Notes under the pieces: model-generated
The model's input: the letters and a program-made list of their open reading frames with translations, nothing else
Database searches by the model: none
What the model was told of the DNA's origin: nothing
Made by a program: the position numbers and the translations under genes
Assembly: GCA_951406725.2 (NCBI GenBank)
Contig: OX597839.1
Location: 7,006,001 to 7,070,000, forward strand
DNA: 64,000 nucleotides
Source: Octopus vulgaris
Taxonomy: Eukaryota
Reading direction: 5' to 3'
Shown here: piece after piece, positions 56,402 through 64,000 of the stretch
How positions within the stretch are numbered: the first letter of the stretch is position 1
How the letters are laid out: the number at the start of each line of letters is the position of its first letter

Positions 56402-56414
56402 CTATCTCCTCATA

Positions 56415-56460
<46 letters not shown>

Positions 56461-56469
56461 CATATTTTC

Positions 56470-56745
56470 TTTTTTTTTTACTTGTTTCAGTCATTTGACT
56501 TCGGCCATGCTGGAGCACCGCCTTTAGTCGAGCAAATCGACCCCGGGACTTATTCTTTGTAAGCCCAGTACTTATTCTAGCGGTCTCTTTTGCCGAACCG
56601 CTAATTGACGGGGACGTAAACACACCAGCATCAGTTGTCAAGCAATGCTAGGGGGACAAACACAGACACACATACATATGCACACACATACATATACATA
56701 TATACATATATACGACACGCTTCTTTCAGTTTCCGTCTACCAATT
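56470..56745 (-). mobile_element. SINE family A, 5'-truncated
   Basis: Similarity to 35062-35370. Confidence 0.85.
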
Positions 56746-56746
56746 C

Positions 56747-56812
<66 letters not shown>

Positions 56813-56861
56813 CCAAATTGTACGTACAACGCTATATTTATATAAAAAAGGAATATTAAAA

Positions 56862-57037
56862 ATGGGACAAGAACGCAAAACACCCAGACAGATGATACAA
56901 AAAAAAAAGGCCGGAACTCGACTGTAGAAAGAAAACTCCGAATGACCCGTCCTTGCTTTTTGTATCTTCTGTCTGGACGTTTTGTTGTCCCTTTCTTGTA
57001 TCATCTAACTCTCTAGATGTTTTGTGTTCTTGTCCCA
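56862..57037. mobile_element. Diverged fold-back of the 35522 family
   Basis: TGGGACAAGAACGCAAAACACCCAGACAGATGATACAA versus TTGTATCATCT...GATGTTTTGTGTTCTTGTCCCA. Confidence 0.6.
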
Positions 57038-57601
57038 CAGCAAAATGTAAAAGTTTTGTTGGAGGTTTTAATGAACACCCAGTTTTCACTTCATTCAAAA
57101 TGGAACTGTTGTGGAGCCAGTGGAATGAAAAAGGAAAAGGAATAAAGGTTGACAAAGTGTGTGCTTCTTTAGTCATTAAAGGTTCAATTAAAAGGTCAAT
57201 TTCTGTTGCATTTTTTTATGCAGCTATTGTATATTGAGAATATCTTTTTGGATTGAAAATAAAACGGGTTGATTGAAATGTCTACTACTATAATTACTAC
57301 TACCACTTCTACGACTACTACCACCACGACCACCACGATCACCACCACAACTACTTCTACTACTACTGCTAAAGACAACAACGATGATAATTATCCTTTC
57401 TATTGTAGGTACAAGCCCTGAAATTTTGGGGGTACGGGAAAGTCGATCGCATCGACCCCAGTACTTGACTGGTACTTAATAATCATATGTCGATGAGGAT
57501 AATAATGTCAAGAAGAGAGGGAATAAGCAACAATGCGTATATTCTGTCTGTCTCTCTCTCTCTCCCCCTCTCTCTCTCTCGATACACACACACACATATA
57601 T

Positions 57602-57810
57602 TCTTTTATTCTTTTACTTGCTTCAAGCATTTGACTGCAGCCATACTGGAACCCCGCCTTTTAGTCGATCAAAATGACCCCATGACTTATTCTTTGTAAG
57701 CCTAGTAATTATTCTATCGGTCACTTTTGTCGAACCGCTAAGTTACGGGGATATAAAGAAACAAGCATCGGTTGTCAAGCAAAGGTGGGGTGACACACAC
57801 AGACACACAG
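57602..57810 (-). mobile_element. SINE family A 3' half; a matching 5' half lies at 58195-58350
   Basis: The halves are separated by (TA)n and a ~300-bp insert. Confidence 0.75.
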
Positions 57811-58369
57811 ATACATACACACATATATGCATATATATATATATATATATATATATGCATATATGCATATATACATATATGTATATACATATGTATATAT
57901 ACGTACAAGACGTCATAAAACGTAAACATGAAATATGAAAACAACAGGAAATACGAAATACGAACACATGGAATACGAATATTTTTTGCGAACAACAAAA
58001 GAAAGAAATGGAAAACAAGACAAGCAACAGAAAGAACGACCTTCGGAAGGAAAGAAAGAAACTCAAGTTAGGAAAAAGAAAGATGGCTGATGGTTACGTG
58101 CGAGCAGCGAGAGAGCAAAGCAGGAAGAGTGAGTGAGGGAGAGGGACAGACAGAGAAAGGTGAAGGGGTGAGGAAGATATATATATATATATGTACGACG
58201 GTCTTATTTCAGTTTCTGTCGACTGAATCCACTCACATGGGTGTGATCGGCCCGAGGCTATAGTAGAAGGCACTTGATCAAGGTGCCAAGCAATGGGACT
58301 GAATCTGGAGCGATGTGCTTGGAGAGCGAGCTACTTACCATACAACCACTCCGCGGTTATCTCTTTCTC

Positions 58370-58772
58370 TCTTTTCTCTTTTACTTGTTTCAGTCATTTG
58401 ACTGCGGCCATCCTGGAGCACCGCCTTTAATCGAGCAACTCGACCCCGGGACCTATTCTTTTTGTAAGCCCAGTACTTATTCTATCGGTCTCTTTTGCCG
58501 AACCGCTAGGTAACGGGGACATAAACACACCAGCATCGGTTGTCAAGCAATGCTAAAGGGACAAACACAGACACACAAACACACACACGCATATATATAT
58601 ACATATATACGACGGGCTTCTTTGAGTTTCCGTCTACCAAATCCACTCACAAGGCTTTGGTCGGCCCGAGGCTATAGTAGAATACACTTGCCCAAGGTGG
58701 CACTCAGTGGGACTGAACCCGGAACTATGTGGTTGGTAAGCAAACTACTTACATACACAGCCACTCCTGCGC
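58370..58772 (-). mobile_element. SINE family A, full length
   Basis: As 12615-13033. Confidence 0.9.
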
Positions 58773-59301
58773 TATATAAAATTTTATATATCATTTTATG
58801 TGTGTCTGTGTCTGTGAGTGTATACCTGCGTGAGTATTGCGTTCATATACATATTGACGCCAATACATTTCTGACTCTATATACCAATACTGAAATACGT
58901 ACCTATATATGCAAAATTATTTAAATTATGTACCTATATATGCAAAGTTATGTAAATGATTCTAAAAAGCAAAACAAAGGAATGCACTAAGGGGACGCTG
59001 CATGTATACGTCTGCGTGCGTTTATGCCCGCATGTACACACATATATACATACACATATACATATGTATACATTCACATATACAAACACGCATGCTTGCA
59101 TGGATAGCATTTATATTTATGTGCATGTATGTGTATATGTATGTGATAATATACGCATTTGTATATGTGTGTCTATACAGGATGGCAAAAACAAGCAAAA
59201 AAAAAAACACAGTACTTGGAGCACTAAAGAACTGTATGCACTTATATAAGTATGCTATACATTATACACACATATACAGCTAGATATTTACATACACACA
59301 C

Positions 59302-59346
<45 letters not shown>

Positions 59347-60191
59347 GACATGTGTAGATGCATACTTAGTAATAACATGCATATATGCATGTGTGAATGG
59401 CGATTCATACAATCAGCTAGTTTTTTTCTCTCTCCACCAACGCAATCATACACACACACACACACACAAACACACACAGAGAAATAGACACACACACACA
59501 CACACACACACACACAAGCACAAACACACACAGAGAAATAGACACACTCACATACACACACACATACATACACACAGTCATATTCAATGTCCTCACCTCT
59601 CTCTTTCCTTTTCTCTCTCTCCGTCTCTCCCTCTCTCTCTCTCTCTCTCTGTTACGTACAAGTATTGCTATGCATCCCGCTCCTATTTGACCACTCAGCT
59701 CCCAGCTTTCCTTATATATACTCAGCCATCCGGAAATCAATCAACAGTTGGTGTACTTTCTCTTCCCTTCATTTCTTTACCTTTTCAAGATCACACCTGA
59801 TCGATATATTGGTTTTCTGGTTCAATGAATATCAATTTCCACTATTCCATCGTACTACCTTTGTGTGTGCGTCCGAACACACACACACACGCACACACAC
59901 AAATACACACACACATACACACACACACATACACACACACAAACACACACAGAGAAATAGACACACTCTCACCCACACAAACACATATGTATATATGTAT
60001 ATATTTATGTGTATAAATATACATACATACATACGTATTTATACATATATATATATACACACACACTCACACACATATATATATATATATGTATGTATGT
60101 ATAAATATGTGTGTGTATACGTATATTTTTATGTGCAAATCTATCTGTCTATCTAGCTATCATCCATATATATACACATATATATGTATCT

Positions 60192-60222
<31 letters not shown>

Positions 60223-60604
60223 CACAAACATGCATACACACACACATGTATGTGTGTCTTCTTTTTCAATTGCATGCACATTCGTGAAATTTTTTGCAAA
60301 CGTCAGCATACTCGAATATATTTGAGCATGCATTCAAAGGCATTTGTATTTGTACATTCATGTCGTATATGCTTTCAATAAAGGCGATGTGTGTGTGTGT
60401 GTGTTTGTGTGTGTGTGTATGTGTGTGTGTGTGTGTGCGTGCGTGTGTGTGCATGCGTGCGCATGTGTGTGAGTGTGTGTGTGTGTGTGTAAAATATTTA
60501 TGCATGTATGGAAGCGAATTTATAAGAACGAATACATTTTTTGCGTGTACTTTTCTCTCTTTCTCTCACCTTTATATATATACATACATATATTTTCATG
60601 CAAG

Positions 60605-60760
60605 CATGGATGTGTAGCAAGTAGCTTGCTTCCCAACCACATGGTTCCGAGTTCAGTCCCACTGCGTGGTAGCTTGGTCATGTGTCTTCAACTTTCGCCA
60701 CGGGCCGGGTAAAGCCTTTTGAGTGGATTTGGTAGACGGAAACTGAAAGAAGACCGCCGC
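60605..60760 (+). mobile_element. SINE family A 5' half
   Basis: AGTAGCTTGCTTCCCAACCACATGGTTCCGAGTTCAGTCCC...GAAACTGAAAGAAG. Confidence 0.8.
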
Positions 60761-60871
60761 ATATATATATATATATATATATTTAATGTATATAAATTTT
60801 TTTCGAAAAAAAAAAATTTTATCAATGGCCAGCATATTAAAAAATACCTTTTAAAGGTTAAAATTACAAAC

Positions 60872-61086
60872 TACTTATAAATAAGGGCAAACGAAAAAAT
60901 TCTAATGCCAAATATGCCGAAAAATTGGACATATTGTCCATTACCATATAATTTTTCACAGAACGCACGCTACTCGGAAAAAACGTGTAGCATGCGTTCT
61001 GTGAAAAATTATATGGTAATGGACAATATATCCAATTTTTCGGCATACTTGGCATTAGAAATTTTTTCGTTTGCCCTTATTTATAA

Positions 61087-61089
<3 letters not shown>
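60872..61089. repeat. Fold-back between (TA)n tracts: ~102-bp arms, 13-nt loop
   Basis: 60872-60973 versus 60987-61089, with a few mismatches. Confidence 0.9.
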
Positions 61090-61177
<88 letters not shown>

Positions 61178-61243
61178 TTATTTATTAGGGAATAAAAATT
61201 CCGGCGTCACAGTTTTTGAATTATAAAAAAATGTTATGAAGAG

Positions 61244-61334
61244 TCCTGATGATTGGGGTTGCATTTAAGACATGTTTCTGAAAAAGACTGAGTGTCTAGG
61301 GAACGTTAAACGCACCTCATGAAACATATGTAGA
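61244..61334 (+). ncRNA. Hammerhead-like motif with long stem II
   Basis: TC-CTGATGA-TTGGGGTTGCATTTAA...TTAAACGCACCTCAT-GAAA-C-ATAT-G-TA-GA. Confidence 0.55.
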
Positions 61335-61439
61335 AGAGAAATGTGGAAGTGATATAGTAAGTATTAAAATAAAATTCTATGATATGGTGTGATGTATATT
61401 AGGATTTGATGAATTGCATGGAGACTTCTATCTCTAAAT

Positions 61440-61489
<50 letters not shown>

Positions 61490-61674
61490 AACACTTATTA
61501 ATTCGAGGGGAGGCAATGTGAGCAGCAACTAAAGAAACATTACAGAATCCATAGAATTAATAATCCATTTAATTAATAAGTGTATACAGCTCATTTGGGC
61601 ACTACAATTTCAGTCTGTTATATATTTTGAGTGTTGTTGTCACTAGCGATCTCAAAATACAGCTTTGTATTTTG

Positions 61675-61721
<47 letters not shown>

Positions 61722-61722
<1 letters not shown>

Positions 61723-62056
61723 TCTTTTAGTTGTTTCAGTCATTTGACTGCCGCCATGCTGGAGCACCGCCTTTAGTCGAGCAAATCGACCGCGGGACTT
61801 ATTCTTTGTAAGCCCAGTACTTATTCTATCGATTTCTTTTGCCGAACCGCTAAGTGACGGGGACGTAAACACACACCAGCATCGGTTGTCAAGCAATGCT
61901 AGGGGGACAAACACAGACACACAAACACACACATACATACATATATATATATATACATATATACGACAGGCTTCTTTCAGTTTCCGTCTACCAAATCCAC
62001 TCACAAGGCATTGGTCGGCCCGGGGCTATAGCAGAAGACACTTGCCCAAGATGCCA
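61722..62056 (-). mobile_element. SINE family A lacking its head
   Basis: Similarity to 35062-35425. Confidence 0.85.
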
Positions 62057-62573
62057 TATATACCTATATTATTATGTACTTAATACATCATAATATATTA
62101 ATTTACTATTATAATATCTCAGTGTATTCTTATACACACCTTAACCGTTTTGAATTTTAGCGCCTGCTGTTCAACAGCTTTTTCTCTCATGAGCAAATGT
62201 GAAGCAAGCTATCTGTTTACCCCGGTGTAAATTGTAGAAAACCTTGAGAAGAAACAAGACAAGGTTGCTTAAATCTCGAAATCCCGTGATATGGCTTTAT
62301 CAAACTACTTCATTCAGTGATTTTATCTCGTCGAAGAAAGATGGTGAAGCTTGCTGCCCGCAGTCCCTTTCAACATCTCATGAGGTTGGTGATTTTGTGT
62401 GAGTATTAAAGTTATATTTCTAGCAATTGCATGTGCTGTTGTGTTCCCTTATTTATGAATTCTGCCTCTTTCGTTTTAATTGCTATAGCCACCTCTATTA
62501 TAATGTATATATCATAATATATTAATTTATCGTTATGACATCTTATTGTACGTGTGAGTGCGTGTTTGTGTGC

Positions 62574-62643
<70 letters not shown>

Positions 62644-62649
<6 letters not shown>

Positions 62650-62786
62650 TTAGAGATAAAACCACTATTAGGCAAATCAAACAGTGAAAAACATAAGCCA
62701 ATACATAAAATTAATTTAAAATATAATAGTTAAAAATTAAAATATTATTTAAATAATTTAAACTTATAAATTTTAAATCTATATAT

Positions 62787-62863
<77 letters not shown>

Positions 62864-63275
62864 ATATTTTCATATTTATATATTATTATATTATTTTATT
62901 TATTTATTTATTTATTTTTTATAAATATCAAAAGTATTAAAGGTTTAATAAAAGATAAAGAGTAAAACACTACGATCGTTTCATGGCCGTACCAATTCGA
63001 ATAACAATAATTTAAATTCAATTAATAATTAGAGTTATGGTTACAGTCAATCTTCAGGTTAATTGAAATATTTTAAAAATAATTAGAAATATTTAAACAA
63101 TATTTTTAAGATATAAATAATATAATAATTTACTTATAATAAACTCTATTATCAAACTAGAATCTTAAAACTTAACAATTATGGTTATATCAAAATCGAT
63201 TATAATGTTAAATATTAATTTTAATTTATAAGATAAGAAACCCACTAATAATCTAATATCGGTAATAGTCTATAT
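62644..63275 (-). mobile_element. AT-rich PLE-like element, relative of 54817, HHR motif at 62968-63060
   Basis: Minus strand: AAC-CTGAAGA-TTGACTGTAACCA...TGGTACGGCCAT-GAAA-C-GATC-G-TA-GTG. Confidence 0.7.
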
Positions 63276-64000
63276 TCATGTGTGTGTCTTCGTGTCTGTG
63301 ATTGTGCCCTCGCCATCGCTTGACAATCAATGGTGATGTGTTTATGTCTCGTAAGCAGTTCGGCAAAAAAACACAGATAGGGGACTGAGACAACTGGTCA
63401 ACAGTTATTTATGGTCGAAAATTGCAAGACTGGTCTGCATGAAAACCGGCTTATCCACGAAAGAAATCATTCTACGAACAAATAAAATGGGACGACCTGT
63501 ATCAGTTTTGAACTTAAGTAGTATATATTAAAGTTCAATTTGTTTTCCCAGTTTTGTCAGTTTGCCTGCTTATAGATCTCTTTTAAAATGTGAACCTATC
63601 AATAAGAAGAAATTAAAGTTTAGCTTCTGTTGCTTAACTCACGTCAGAAGAATAGATATACCAAAACAAAAATACTCCTTCACGTGTGTCACAATACAAT
63701 TTTATAGATGCTAAACTTTGACTGTATAAAATTATCTGCCTCACAGTGCTATTTATTTATGCAGAAAAGATTGCAACTGCAGTCGGTATCGGGAGAAACT
63801 GTACTAATCCGTAGTTATCGTCAACTAAAATGGCCTCACCAAAAAACTAACACATTCAAAGTTAGATGAACTCTACATACTCACTCCTTGAGAAACACAT
63901 GGTTTCAACTTCATCTCTTTATTATATGACGAATGAAAATATCTAGCCACAATGAAAGTTATACCAAAAAGAGAAATACCGCTTTCCGACTGATAAAATT

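Overview
This is AT-rich, microsatellite-saturated non-coding animal DNA. The tRNA-derived SINE families resemble those of octopus genomes (an inference from recall, not a search result). No host protein-coding exon can be supported, and nearly all ORFs in the track are translations of (TA)n, (CA)n, (TATC)n, (ATT)n and (GGT)n repeats. Recognisable content: about 25 copies or fragments of a tRNA-SINE with an internal microsatellite (family A); a second SINE that forms ~180-bp tandem arrays (family B); a third SINE head fused to different tails (family C); short non-autonomous Helitrons with TC...CTAG ends; MITEs; a Tc1 DD34E transposase remnant; an R4/Dong-type LINE remnant; and a 3-kb GGT-rich satellite. 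The main hidden signal is a set of at least ten unrelated short non-coding elements, mostly inside or next to (TA)n tracts and often arranged as inverted-repeat fold-backs. Each carries a minimal type-I hammerhead ribozyme (HHR) motif: stem I, (C/U)UGANRA, stem II, GAAA, a palindromic mini stem III, then UH and stem I. This matches Penelope-like element (PLE) termini or retrozyme-like elements. The set includes unusual catalytic-core variants (U3:A8, CCGACGA, CUGUAGA), possible permuted forms, and a tRNA-headed SINE with a hammerhead tail. All folds were read by eye, and none has been tested for activity.
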